DNA of 64,000 nucleotides. Origin: Nitrososphaerota archaeon. Its GTDB lineage: Archaea > Thermoproteota > Nitrososphaeria > Nitrososphaerales > Nitrosopumilaceae. The notes under the pieces were generated by a model. The model did no database searches. It had not been told where the DNA came from and saw only the letters and a list, made by a program, of their open reading frames with translations. This document shows positions 28,072-37,800 of this stretch, one piece after another. The stretch's first letter is position 1. Every line of letters begins with the position of its first letter. Location: the NCBI GenBank assembly GCA_028867735.1, contig JAGWFW010000001.1, positions 9,671-73,670 of the forward strand. Reading direction: 5' to 3'. The translations under genes were made by a program, and so were the position numbers.

Positions 28072-29352
28072 TTGGATTTGAAAAGAACGCACTATATGGG
28101 AAACCTAAACGTATCAATGAAAGGCCAAAAGGTGATAATTGGCGGCTGGGTGGAGGATCTTCGCGAGCTGGGCAAGCTCACCTTTCTTACGTTACGGGAC
28201 GTAACAGGTGTAGCACAGATAGTCATTGTTGGAGAAGACGGCATCAAACAAGTAAAGGATCTCAACAGGCAAAGCGTAGTGCGTGTCACAGGAACAGTAC
28301 AAGACACAAAGGCAAGAGACTTTCCGTTTGAGGTAAAGTCAGAAAAAATCGAGATTCTTTCCCGTGCAGTGCATCCGTTGCCGATTGACCCGATTGGCAG
28401 GCTGGAAAGCAACATAGACAACAGGCTAAACGCAAGAGCGCTTGATCTGAGGAACCAGAAGACTGCGTCAATTTTTAAAATGCGGCACCACGCACTGCAG
28501 TCAATACGCAAAACCTTGACAGAACTTGGATTCATCGAGGTCAACACGCCAAAAATAATTGGAAGCGCAAGCGAGGGAGGTGCAAATCTGTTTTCCCTGA
28601 AATATTTTGACAAGCAAGCATATCTTGCCCAAAGCCCGCAACTCTACAAGGAACAGCTAACCGTGGGCCTTGAGAGAGTTTTTGAGATCTCATCATTTTA
28701 TCGCGCAGAAAAATCACACACTGTGAGACACCTGACTGAATTTACAAGCGTTGACATTGAGGCAGACTTTGTGGATTATCTTGATGTGGCAGAGATCCTG
28801 GAAACGGTTGTCACAAATGTCTTTGAATACGTTGAGAAAAACTGTATCGAGGAGCAAAAAATTCTCGGAATCGAAGTAAAAAAACCCAAGACTCCATTTG
28901 AGCGAGTGACATACAAACAAGCCATAGAAGAGCTGGGCTTGGGTCTTGTCGAGGGAGACGACTTGCAGGACTCGCATCTGAGAAAACTTGGCGAGATGCA
29001 CCCTGGATTTTATTTTCTAATAGACTGGCCCATGAAACTAAAGCCGTTTTACATACATGAAAAAGAAGACAATCCGTCGCTTTCCAAGTCCTTTGATCTG
29101 CAGTATGGATATCTCGAGCTGTCCTCTGGAGGGCGGCGGTTGCATGATCCAAACAAGATTAGGGCGAGATTGACCGAACAGGGACTAAACCCATCCCAGT
29201 TTGAGGACCATCTCAAGGCGTTTGACTGGGGAATGCCACCGCATTCTGGCTGGGGGCTGGGTCTTGACAGGCTAATGTCCGTCCTGACCAAAATTGATAA
29301 CGTCAGAGAGGTCGTGCTCTATCCAAGAGATCCAGAAAGGCTGTTTCCATAA
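28072..29352 (+). CDS. aspS: Aspartyl-tRNA synthetase (archaeal, likely non-discriminating)
   Basis: GGWVEDLR, EGGANLF, LAQSPQLYK, YRAEKS..RHLTEF, MPPHSGWGLGLDR. Confidence 0.97.
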   Translation: MDLKRTHYMGNLNVSMKGQKVIIGGWVEDLRELGKLTFLTLRDVTGVAQIVIVGEDGIKQVKDLNRQSVVRVTGTVQDTKARDFPFEVKSEKIEILSRAVHPLPIDPIGRLESNIDNRLNARALDLRNQKTASIFKMRHHALQSIRKTLTELGFIEVNTPKIIGSASEGGANLFSLKYFDKQAYLAQSPQLYKEQLTVGLERVFEISSFYRAEKSHTVRHLTEFTSVDIEADFVDYLDVAEILETVVTNVFEYVEKNCIEEQKILGIEVKKPKTPFERVTYKQAIEELGLGLVEGDDLQDSHLRKLGEMHPGFYFLIDWPMKLKPFYIHEKEDNPSLSKSFDLQYGYLELSSGGRRLHDPNKIRARLTEQGLNPSQFEDHLKAFDWGMPPHSGWGLGLDRLMSVLTKIDNVREVVLYPRDPERLFP

Positions 29353-29384
29353 AAGGATAAATCTGGTTTTTACAAAGTTTACTT

Positions 29385-29726
29385 GTGCAAGAATGCGATT
29401 TCTGCGGCTCTGATTTTGGAGACCACACATGCTATTTCTGTGACAAGCATTGCTGCGATTCTTGCATGACAAACGACAGGACACGTTGCAAGAAATGCTA
29501 TGTGACAAAACGCAAGCTTGGCTGGAGAATCTTCAAGAAAAATAAGGTATTGCTTGGCTTTATCGGGTTTGTATGGGCATATACAGTATTTCCAGTGCCC
29601 CTGATCAAAGGAATTGACCCAACCTTCTACTGGGTGTGTTTTGGGGTGGCAATCATGATAATGATTCCAATAAGCCTTGCAATGTTCTTCTGGTCAAGAG
29701 AGCCACCAGTGTCAGACCTTAAATGA
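29385..29726 (+). CDS. Cys-rich zinc-finger membrane protein
   Basis: CDFC...CYFC..HCCDSC...CKKC followed by two TM helices. Confidence 0.7.
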   Translation: MQECDFCGSDFGDHTCYFCDKHCCDSCMTNDRTRCKKCYVTKRKLGWRIFKKNKVLLGFIGFVWAYTVFPVPLIKGIDPTFYWVCFGVAIMIMIPISLAMFFWSREPPVSDLK

Positions 29727-30735
29727 TCTTTGAGATGACTTTTTGGGTGAACTCTCGTGTGGTATTGTTTCCACCAATGTCCTTTGTCTTGATGCCGTCT
29801 CTTACCACACCATAGACTGCTTCTTCTATTTTTTTTGCCATCTCAAGTGACTTGACATCATTATTTTTCATTGCCAGCCACTCCAACATCATTTTGGCGG
29901 ACAGGATAAACGATGATGGGTTTGCGGCTTGTTTTCCTGCAATGTCAAACGCCGCTCCATGCACTGGCTCAAACAAGGCAAAATTTTCTCCAATGTTGGC
30001 AGCCGGTGCCATCCCAAGTCCGCCGACTACCTGCGCTGCCTCGTCTGACAATATGTCTCCAAACAAATTGGTTGTTACAATGACATCAAAAGACTCGGGT
30101 TGCCTGATTAGGTTCATCGCGCATGCATCAACATACATCTGCTCAAATGCAATACTGTCAAAATCTTCTGCCACCTGTGCACATGACCTGGAAAAAAGCC
30201 CGTCTGTCTTTCTCATGACGTTTGATTTGTGAACGCATGTGACTTTTCTCTGTCTGTTTCTCTGGCTTGCGGTCATGAATGCATATTTTGCGATGCGTTT
30301 TGACGCCTGCTCTGATATTGTTCGTAGTGCAACTGCCGAGTCTCCAACCTCAAACTCCATTCCTGTGTAAAGGTCTTCCGTGTTCTCTCTTACTATGACA
30401 AGGTCAATGTTTTCTTTGAGTGCCGGCATGTTTGGATATGACTTGGCAGGCCTTATGTTGGCGTAAAGATCTAGTGCTCTCCTTAGGAATACGATTACGT
30501 CTGCTGCGCTCTCGCCCACTGGAGCCTTGAGGCAGGCATCTGATTTTTTTATTATGTCAAGTGTGGAATCTGGCATTGCTCTGCCTGTTTTTTTTAGAGC
30601 ACCATCACCTGCTTCCACCGTGCTTATTTCTAGCTTTATTCCAGACTTGTCATTTACTGCATGCAATACATTTGTGACAGATTCAGATATCTCGGGGCCT
30701 ATGCCGTCTCCTGTTATGAGTGCAATCTTGTACAT
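29719..30735 (-). CDS. leuB: 3-isopropylmalate dehydrogenase
   Basis: GDGIGPEI, RENTEDLY, HKSNV, NLFGDILSD, EPVHG; last gene of the ilv-leu operon. Confidence 0.9.
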   Translation of the reverse strand: MYKIALITGDGIGPEISESVTNVLHAVNDKSGIKLEISTVEAGDGALKKTGRAMPDSTLDIIKKSDACLKAPVGESAADVIVFLRRALDLYANIRPAKSYPNMPALKENIDLVIVRENTEDLYTGMEFEVGDSAVALRTISEQASKRIAKYAFMTASQRNRQRKVTCVHKSNVMRKTDGLFSRSCAQVAEDFDSIAFEQMYVDACAMNLIRQPESFDVIVTTNLFGDILSDEAAQVVGGLGMAPAANIGENFALFEPVHGAAFDIAGKQAANPSSFILSAKMMLEWLAMKNNDVKSLEMAKKIEEAVYGVVRDGIKTKDIGGNNTTREFTQKVISKII

Positions 30736-32253
30736 CTAGTGTCCCAGGTTTTTTTGTTTGAGGATTTTTTTGAGCATGATTCTGTTTATACCGTCAATCA
30801 TTGCCTGAACGCTTGTTATAACAATGTCCTCGCCAATGGATTTTGCAGAGGCCTGGTTGCCATAGGCGTCTTCCACCTTTATTGTCACTTCGCACAATGC
30901 CTCCGATCCGCCTGAAATGGAATCTAGTTTGTATTCTTTTATTCTTACCTTGGAAATTTCTCCTGTAATCTTTTGTATTGCGTTAATTGATGCGTCTACG
31001 GGACCTACTCCATAGTCAGTACCTATGAAGTCTTTTCCTTCTATGTTTAGCTTGACAAACGCATACGGCATGTTGCCCATCCCGGTTGACACTGAAAATC
31101 CGGTCAAGTGGACAAGCCTTTTCAAGCCTTCCTGGTGCATCACCTCTCCAGTAATTGAGAGCAACTCTACGTCTGTTACATGCTTTCCCTGGTCTCCGAG
31201 TTTTTTGACCTGCTCCAGTATCTCATGTGTCTGCTCCTTTGATGGCTGGATGCCGTATTCCTCTAGCATGGCAGATATGCCGTGTGCCCCTGCATGCTTT
31301 CCCACCTGGAACCAGCGTGTCCTCCCCACGAGCTCAGGGCTGATTGGCTCGTATGTAAGCGGGTTGTTCAATACACCGTGCGTGTGAATTCCTGACTCGT
31401 GCCCGAATGCATTCTCGCCAACTATTGCCTTGTTTGGCTGGACCTGGACTCCAACCACCCTGGAAACATATCTTGATGTCTCATAGAGAAGCCTAGAGTT
31501 GATGTTTGTCTCAAATTTGTTATCAAACTGTAAGCATTGTAGGGCCATGACAAATTCTTCAAGCGATGCATTGCCTGCCCTCTCTCCTATGCCGTTTATT
31601 GTAACATGTGCACACTGTGCCCCTGCCTGGATTCCAGAGATTGCATTTGCCACTGCCAACCCAAAGTCGTTATGGCAGTGAACGCTTACAGGCAAGTGGG
31701 TGGCGTCTATAGCATCCTTGGTGATTGCGGCAATGTACTGGGGTGTTGAATATCCGACTGTATCAGGTATGTCTATCCTGTCAGTCCCGGCATCCGTGAC
31801 CGCACGGAAGACTTTTTTGAGAAATTCCCTGTCGGTTCTTGTAGCGTCTTCTGCAGAAAACTCCACTTGCAACCCTCGAGACTTTGCATACTCTACTGCT
31901 TCCACTGCCTTTGTAACTGCTTGCTCGCGTGTGAGGTTGAGTTTGTATTTGAGATGAATGTCTGATGTTGCAATAAACGTGTGTATGTATTTCAATCCGG
32001 CATCGACTGCTGCATCAATGTCTTTTTTCTCGGTTCTTGCCAGCCCGCAAACCTCAGCTCTTAGTCCTGCATGGGCGATATCTTTTACCGCCTTTCTTTC
32101 GCCGTCTGAGATTATTGGAAATCCTGCCTCTATGGCATCCACTCCAAGCTCATCCAGCTTTTGGGCAATTGCAAGTTTCTGGTCTGGTGTTAACGCAATT
32201 CCTGGTGTCTGTTCCCCGTCTCTTAGTGTGGTATCAAAAATTCTAACTTTCAT
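30736..32253 (-). CDS. leuA: 2-isopropylmalate synthase (LeuA/CimA family)
   Basis: DTTLRDGEQ, HCHND, GERAGN, HESGIH, C-terminal regulatory domain. Confidence 0.88.
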   Translation of the reverse strand: MKVRIFDTTLRDGEQTPGIALTPDQKLAIAQKLDELGVDAIEAGFPIISDGERKAVKDIAHAGLRAEVCGLARTEKKDIDAAVDAGLKYIHTFIATSDIHLKYKLNLTREQAVTKAVEAVEYAKSRGLQVEFSAEDATRTDREFLKKVFRAVTDAGTDRIDIPDTVGYSTPQYIAAITKDAIDATHLPVSVHCHNDFGLAVANAISGIQAGAQCAHVTINGIGERAGNASLEEFVMALQCLQFDNKFETNINSRLLYETSRYVSRVVGVQVQPNKAIVGENAFGHESGIHTHGVLNNPLTYEPISPELVGRTRWFQVGKHAGAHGISAMLEEYGIQPSKEQTHEILEQVKKLGDQGKHVTDVELLSITGEVMHQEGLKRLVHLTGFSVSTGMGNMPYAFVKLNIEGKDFIGTDYGVGPVDASINAIQKITGEISKVRIKEYKLDSISGGSEALCEVTIKVEDAYGNQASAKSIGEDIVITSVQAMIDGINRIMLKKILKQKNLGH

Positions 32254-32740
32254 TTCCTACTCCTCGCTCTAGCGCACAAATTCCAGTCCTTGTTATCTCA
32301 AGTATGCCGTATCCTCTCACGAGATCCTCAAATGCGTTTATCCTGTCCGGCGTTGCCGTGATTTCTACAATTATTGAGGATTTTCTTACGTCATGAACGT
32401 TACACTTGAAAGCGTTTGCAAGATCTGTTATCTCCATGATATCTGACGGCTTGGTTATCTTTACCTTCATAAGTACCAGTTCGCGATATATGCTCTTTTT
32501 CTCCTCTAATAGTTTTACTTCCACAGTGTCTATCATCTTGTCAAGCTGCTTGATTATCTGGTTGAGTTGCTTCTCGTCTGCAGACGTTGTGATGGTCATT
32601 CTTGAAAATTCCGGATTCTCAGTTATCCCGACAGATATGCTGTCAATGTTATAGTTTCTTGACCTGAATAGGTGCGTGACCTTGAACAAAACACCCGGCT
32701 TGTTTTCTACCAGTACCGAAATTATTGACCACATGGACAC
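32243..32740 (-). CDS. ilvN: Acetolactate synthase small subunit
   Basis: VENKPGVL, RNYNIDSI, RELVLMKV, EITRTG. Confidence 0.93.
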   Translation of the reverse strand: MSMWSIISVLVENKPGVLFKVTHLFRSRNYNIDSISVGITENPEFSRMTITTSADEKQLNQIIKQLDKMIDTVEVKLLEEKKSIYRELVLMKVKITKPSDIMEITDLANAFKCNVHDVRKSSIIVEITATPDRINAFEDLVRGYGILEITRTGICALERGVGNES

Positions 32741-32743
32741 TCA

Positions 32744-34432
32744 CTATGATGGCAAGATCATGTCCTTTAGCGGTGTTCCCGGTGCCACAAATGGCAAGAC
32801 ATCTTCTTGAGGGTCGATTGGAATGTCTATGACTGTAGCTATGTTGCTTTTGAGTGCAGTCTGGACCGCCTTTCCAATCTCGTCTATGCTTTCCGCTCTT
32901 ATGCCTTGGGCTCCGTATGATTCTGCTAGTTTTACATAGTCTGGACAATTCTTGAGGTCTATTCCAATCATGCGCCTGTCGTAGAATGTTCTCTGCCACT
33001 GTGCAACCATGCCCAGTGAAAAGTTGTTCAATAGGAATACAATCACCGGCAAATCATCCAGCACTGATACGGCAAGCGAGTTCTCTGTCATGTTGAAACT
33101 GCCTTCTCCTGCAATGTCGACTACTGGAACTTCTGGCTTGGCTGCCTTGGCCCCTATTGCTGCTGGAAATCCCCATCCCATGGTGCCAAGACCTGTGGAA
33201 CTGAAAAAAGTCCCGGGATGTATCACATCAAAGAACAATGACGCCCACATCTGGTGCTGGCCCACTTCTGTTGTTACAATTGACTGTGCAGGGAGAACTT
33301 CTCTTAGTTTTCTTAGCACCTTGGCTGCGCCTAGCGGGTGCGGGTGAAGTTTTAGATTTTGTCTAAAGTATTCTCTTGTCTCATTTACTCGCTTTATCCA
33401 TGGGTTGTCCCCGTTCTTCTTGACGGCCTTTTGGATTAGCATCTTTACCATGATTCTAAGCGATGCCTTGAGGTCTCCTACCACTGCCACATGGGTTGTC
33501 TGGTTTTTTCCTATCTCTGCCGGGTCTACATCCATGTGTATTATCTTGAGGTTCTTTTCAAATTCTTCAAATGTTCCAACCGACCTGTCTGAAAACCTCG
33601 AACCGCATGCAAGCACGCAATCAGCTTCTACCATTATCTTGTTGGCTTCTGCGTGACCATGCATTCCTATCGGTCCTAGTGAAAGTGGATGGTTTTCAGG
33701 AAATGCTCCTTTTCCTTTGAATGTTGTCACGACTGGAATCATTAGCAATTCCGCAATTGATTGAAGCTCTGCAAATGCACCCGAGATTATAACTCCGCCC
33801 CCTGCCAAGATGACTGGTCTCTCAGAGGATAGCAACATGTCTATTGCACGTTCTATTTTTCCAATGTCTGGGTCCACCCAAGGATGGTATCCCCTGATCT
33901 TTACTTCTGTTGGAAAAGCCATCTCCGCTTCGTTTTGCTGCACGTCCTTTGGAATGTCAATCAGTACGGGGCCTGGCCTGCCTGTGGCAGATATGTAAAA
34001 CGCCTTTTTTACCACCTCTGGAATTTCTGAAGCAGTCATGGGTTGAAATGCATATTTTACTATGGGATTTGTAATTCCTATTATGTCGCTTTCCTGAAAA
34101 GCATCCCTGCCAATCATTTTTGTTGGAACCTGTCCGGTAATGGCAATCATCGGGGCAGAGTCTGCCTGCGCGGTTGCAATCCCAGTGACAATGTTTGTTG
34201 CTCCAGGACCAGAGGTAGCAAAGCACACTCCTGGCCTCCTGCTTACTCTTCCAAAGCCGTCTGCCATATGTGACGCAGACTGTTCATGTCTGACAAGTAT
34301 GTGTCTGATGTTGCTCTTGTAGAGCTCATCATAAATTGGAAGGTTTGCTCCTCCGGGAAGTCCGAAGACTATGTTTGCGCCCTCTTTCTCTAGGGCAACC
34401 ATTAAAGATCTAGCACCTGACATTTTTTCCAT
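32744..34432 (-). CDS. ilvB: Acetolactate synthase large subunit
   Basis: FGLPGGA, RHEQ, TSGPGATN, GQHQMW, GEGSF..N TPP motif; ATG 34432 has GGAG 9 nt upstream (track uses TTG 34447). Confidence 0.95.
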   Translation of the reverse strand: MEKMSGARSLMVALEKEGANIVFGLPGGANLPIYDELYKSNIRHILVRHEQSASHMADGFGRVSRRPGVCFATSGPGATNIVTGIATAQADSAPMIAITGQVPTKMIGRDAFQESDIIGITNPIVKYAFQPMTASEIPEVVKKAFYISATGRPGPVLIDIPKDVQQNEAEMAFPTEVKIRGYHPWVDPDIGKIERAIDMLLSSERPVILAGGGVIISGAFAELQSIAELLMIPVVTTFKGKGAFPENHPLSLGPIGMHGHAEANKIMVEADCVLACGSRFSDRSVGTFEEFEKNLKIIHMDVDPAEIGKNQTTHVAVVGDLKASLRIMVKMLIQKAVKKNGDNPWIKRVNETREYFRQNLKLHPHPLGAAKVLRKLREVLPAQSIVTTEVGQHQMWASLFFDVIHPGTFFSSTGLGTMGWGFPAAIGAKAAKPEVPVVDIAGEGSFNMTENSLAVSVLDDLPVIVFLLNNFSLGMVAQWQRTFYDRRMIGIDLKNCPDYVKLAESYGAQGIRAESIDEIGKAVQTALKSNIATVIDIPIDPQEDVLPFVAPGTPLKDMILPS

Positions 34433-34461
34433 AATTTTTAACTCCAAACAATTGCTGTAGT

Positions 34462-34524
34462 CTACAGCAGAGGGTCGACTAGCAGCAGAATACCAGAAAT
34501 GCTTGCCGAGCCTCCTAACTTCAT
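34462..34524 (-). CDS. Candidate ilv/leu leader peptide (20 aa)
   Basis: MKLGGSASISGILLLVDPLL*; ATT CTG CTG CTA GTC run plus CTG CTG before TAG; TATA-like TTTATAAA ~31 nt upstream of the ATG; stop 29 nt before the ilvB ATG. Confidence 0.7.
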   Translation of the reverse strand: MKLGGSASISGILLLVDPLL

Positions 34525-34693
34525 TTTAGTCTATGAGTTTTGCGTCGGATATAATTTATAAATATTGCTGGCGAAAATGAACAAATTAGTAAAAAGAGTG
34601 CCTGCACTATGCGAATATTTCAACGCAGAGAGCGTCTTTGTCTCACGGTCTTTCACAAGACTTAAACTAGAACTATCTAAAGCAATAACAATT

Positions 34694-35098
34694 TTGGGAG
34701 ATAAAGACGAGATACTTGATATCATTGCAGTTTTCTTCAATGCAGGCAAGACAAAGAATCTTGCCCCTCTGGGTGCAATCCAGCTTGATGATTCTAGATT
34801 TTCAAGCTACAGCGACGTGCCTCCATTTGACCTAAAGGATTATGCGACTACAATTGCATTGCAGCAGCTCAGGTTTGTCAGCATATCTGATTATGAATGT
34901 GAGATAAAAAATGCTCGGGCTGACATATTTGATAACTGTGCTGTAGCGACCTTTACCGTCCGGCAAACAGGAATGATTGTAGACAATTATAGCTTTCGTG
35001 GACAGCACATGTCAATGGAAAGCAGAGGGACTTTTGTTCTGGTTAAATCGCAAAAATGGAAAATAGTGCACGTACACTTGTCTAGGATTTCTGATTAG
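34694..35098 (+). CDS. NTF2/SnoaL-like domain protein
   Basis: RGTFVLVK...WKIVHVHLS C-terminal strand motif; start likely TTG 34694 (track 34565). Confidence 0.75.
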   Translation: MGDKDEILDIIAVFFNAGKTKNLAPLGAIQLDDSRFSSYSDVPPFDLKDYATTIALQQLRFVSISDYECEIKNARADIFDNCAVATFTVRQTGMIVDNYSFRGQHMSMESRGTFVLVKSQKWKIVHVHLSRISD

Positions 35099-35915
35099 CT
35101 TTTATGGCTGGCTTGGCAGTCTTTTCAAGGTCTTTTAATTTCTTGAATATCTCGTGGGCTTCCTTCACCGTCGCGTTCTGGTGCACTATGGCTTTTACTG
35201 CCTTGATCATTGCCACCGGATGATCAGATTGCCAGATGTTTCTTCCCATGTCAACTCCTGATGCCCCTGCCTGTATTGCATCAAAAGTAAGCTTTAACGC
35301 ATCTAATTCAGTCGCAAGTTTTGGCCCGCCTGCAATTATTACCGGAACCGGGCAGGATTTTACGACTTTTTCAAAATTATCGCAATAGTACGTCTTGACA
35401 AGATGTGCCCCAAACTCAGCAGCAATTCTGCATGCCAGGCTCAGGTATCTTGCATCTCTTTTTTCCAATTCCTTTCCTACTGCGGTAACTGCAAGAATCG
35501 GTATTCCATACTCCTCGCCTTCATTTACCAGGTTTCCAAGATTAACAAGTGACTCGTGCTCATAGGGGGCGCCCACAAATATTGACATTGCCAGAGCTGA
35601 CACGTTTAATCTGATTGCATCTTTGACAGATGTTGTTATCTTTTCATTTGAGAGGTCTTTGCCAATTATGCTGGAACCGCCAGATACTCTGAGCACTACT
35701 GGTACTGGATATCCTGGATCTACTGATGTCCTCAGAACACCACGGGTAAGCATTAAAGAATCTGCATGGGGTAATAGTGGAGCAATTGTCTTCCTTGGCT
35801 CCTCAAGTCTCTCGGTAGGACCTAGGAAATAGCCATGGTCTACGGCAAGCATTACGCCTCGCTTATCATACGGTTTTATTATTCGCGCAAGGCGATTTTT
35901 TAATCCCCAGTCCAT
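35082..35915 (-). CDS. lsrF: LsrF-like thiolase/class I aldolase
   Basis: MDWGLKNRL, AVDHGYFLGP, LRVSGG, VKTYY, IAGGPK, GVDMGRNIWQ. Confidence 0.88.
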   Translation of the reverse strand: MDWGLKNRLARIIKPYDKRGVMLAVDHGYFLGPTERLEEPRKTIAPLLPHADSLMLTRGVLRTSVDPGYPVPVVLRVSGGSSIIGKDLSNEKITTSVKDAIRLNVSALAMSIFVGAPYEHESLVNLGNLVNEGEEYGIPILAVTAVGKELEKRDARYLSLACRIAAEFGAHLVKTYYCDNFEKVVKSCPVPVIIAGGPKLATELDALKLTFDAIQAGASGVDMGRNIWQSDHPVAMIKAVKAIVHQNATVKEAHEIFKKLKDLEKTAKPAIKANQKS

Positions 35916-35937
35916 ATCCTCTTCCAAAAAATTTGCC

Positions 35938-36981
35938 TTAGTTAAGCGTTTCTGAATTTGTGACAATTATCTTCATGGAATCGTTTCCCTGATGGGCGTA
36001 TTCTAGTGCCTTTGCAGATTCGGAAAGGTTGAACCTATGTGTAATCAGTTTGTTGACATTGATTTTTTTTTCTGCGATTAAATTAAACGCTGCATTCGTA
36101 TCTGATTCGGATGCCGCATAGCTTGGAGTTATTGTGATTTCTTTAGAATACACCTTGCTGATGTCTATTGACATCTTTGCATCTTTTGAAGGCACTCCGA
36201 AGAGTATGACAGTCCCGCCCTTCCTGACAATCTCCAGTGACTGGGCAATCGCACTTGTACTTCCGGTTGCAACTATTGCGACATCCACTCCTCTGTTTTG
36301 TGTACTTGAAAGGATCTTTTGCTGTGCTTGAGGATCTGTTGAATGGATGACAGATGTTACTCCAAGCTTTTTGGCAAAGCCCAGCCTGAAATCGTTTATG
36401 TCAAAACAAAAAATATCTTTCATTCCCAAAGTCTTTGCAAGCATGACATGCATCATGCCTGTCGGTCCGGCTCCAAGCACTGCAACCGAGTCTCCTTGCT
36501 TGAATTTTGCCTTGTTCCATGCCCTGACACAACATGCAAGAGGCTCTATCATTGAGGCCTCGTCAAAGCCAATGCTGTCTGGAAGTTTTATCACGCCACC
36601 ATGGGATACATTCCATTCAGGCACCAGAAATTCTTCGGCAAGACCGCATGGGCTCAGATTTGTCTCTGAATATTTCTTGCACATTGTCTCATTTCCGTGC
36701 AGGCAATAGTGGCACGAATAACAGGGCACGTGATGATGCACAAAAACCCTGTCTCCTTTTTTGAACTCTTTTACGCCGGACCCTGCCTCGGAGACTATGC
36801 CTGATGGCTCGTGTCCAAGCCTCATGGATGGCTGGCTATACTGTCCGTATATCTTTTCCAAGTCAGATCCGCACACCCCGCATGCCTTCATCGTTATCAT
36901 AAGATCGCCGTTTCCTACCTTGGGCCTCTCAACACTTTTAATCTCGACAGTGGAAGGTCCTTTTACATACGCTGCTTTCAT
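35938..36981 (-). CDS. Zinc-dependent alcohol/polyol dehydrogenase (MDR family)
   Basis: CGSD, GHE, CYSCHYC...C, GAGPTG. Confidence 0.92.
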   Translation of the reverse strand: MKAAYVKGPSTVEIKSVERPKVGNGDLMITMKACGVCGSDLEKIYGQYSQPSMRLGHEPSGIVSEAGSGVKEFKKGDRVFVHHHVPCYSCHYCLHGNETMCKKYSETNLSPCGLAEEFLVPEWNVSHGGVIKLPDSIGFDEASMIEPLACCVRAWNKAKFKQGDSVAVLGAGPTGMMHVMLAKTLGMKDIFCFDINDFRLGFAKKLGVTSVIHSTDPQAQQKILSSTQNRGVDVAIVATGSTSAIAQSLEIVRKGGTVILFGVPSKDAKMSIDISKVYSKEITITPSYAASESDTNAAFNLIAEKKINVNKLITHRFNLSESAKALEYAHQGNDSMKIIVTNSETLN

Positions 36982-37206
36982 GTCGTAACCTGACTCATCT
37001 TGAATTCTTTCTTATTTGTATTCTCTGGTCTCTTAATGCCCAATTATTTGAATGATTTTTGTTGTGCGATCTATTTTATCTCTGATTTTAGATCTAATGC
37101 CTAAAAATAACGCACACAAATTAAAAAATTAAAAAAATTCGATAATGTACGACACCCAATTTTTGTGATGGCAATTAAATTAGGCTCTTTTTCTGCAGTA
37201 GTCATT

Positions 37207-37749
37207 ATGGATTTGTGGCATGATATTGAAACAGGTCCAAAAATACCGTCAATTCTCAATGTAATCGTAGAGATTCCAAAAGGCTCTCAGAACAAATACG
37301 AATACGACAAAAAAAACAATATCATAAAACTAGACCGCGTTCTCTTTTCTCCTCTGTACTATCCGGGAGACTATGGGATAATACCGCAAACATATGCTGA
37401 AGACGGTGACCCATTGGATGCCCTTGTTCTGGTAACAAACCCTACCTTTCCAGGCGTGCTAATAGAGGCAAGACCGATTGGCTTGCTAAGGATGAAAGAC
37501 TCTAACCAGATGGATAGCAAGATTCTCTGTGTAGCAAAAAATGATCCAAGATATGCAGGACTGAGGGACATCACAGACTTGGAAAAACACCATCTAAAGG
37601 AAATAGCACACTTCTTTCAGGTATACAAGCAACTTGAGGGAAAGAAAGTCGAGATTGTGGGGTGGAGAAATGCGGCAAGTGCCAAAAAGGTTGTACTGCA
37701 CTCAATAAAGCATTACCAGAAAACTTTCAAAAAGTCATTTCTAATCTAG
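37207..37749 (+). CDS. ppa: Inorganic pyrophosphatase (family I)
   Basis: EIPKGSQNKYEYD, LDRVL, YPGDYG, DGDPLD, HFFQVYK. Confidence 0.96.
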   Translation: MDLWHDIETGPKIPSILNVIVEIPKGSQNKYEYDKKNNIIKLDRVLFSPLYYPGDYGIIPQTYAEDGDPLDALVLVTNPTFPGVLIEARPIGLLRMKDSNQMDSKILCVAKNDPRYAGLRDITDLEKHHLKEIAHFFQVYKQLEGKKVEIVGWRNAASAKKVVLHSIKHYQKTFKKSFLI

Positions 37750-37800
37750 CCTCTTGTTTTGATGCAAATAGTCTTAAACCCATGACTGCCAAGTAATGAT

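Noticed and set aside
37118-37140. AAATTAAAAAATTAAAAAAATT tandem A-tracts between the dehydrogenase and ppa
   Set aside because: Low-complexity AT-rich promoter DNA; cannot be told apart from background.
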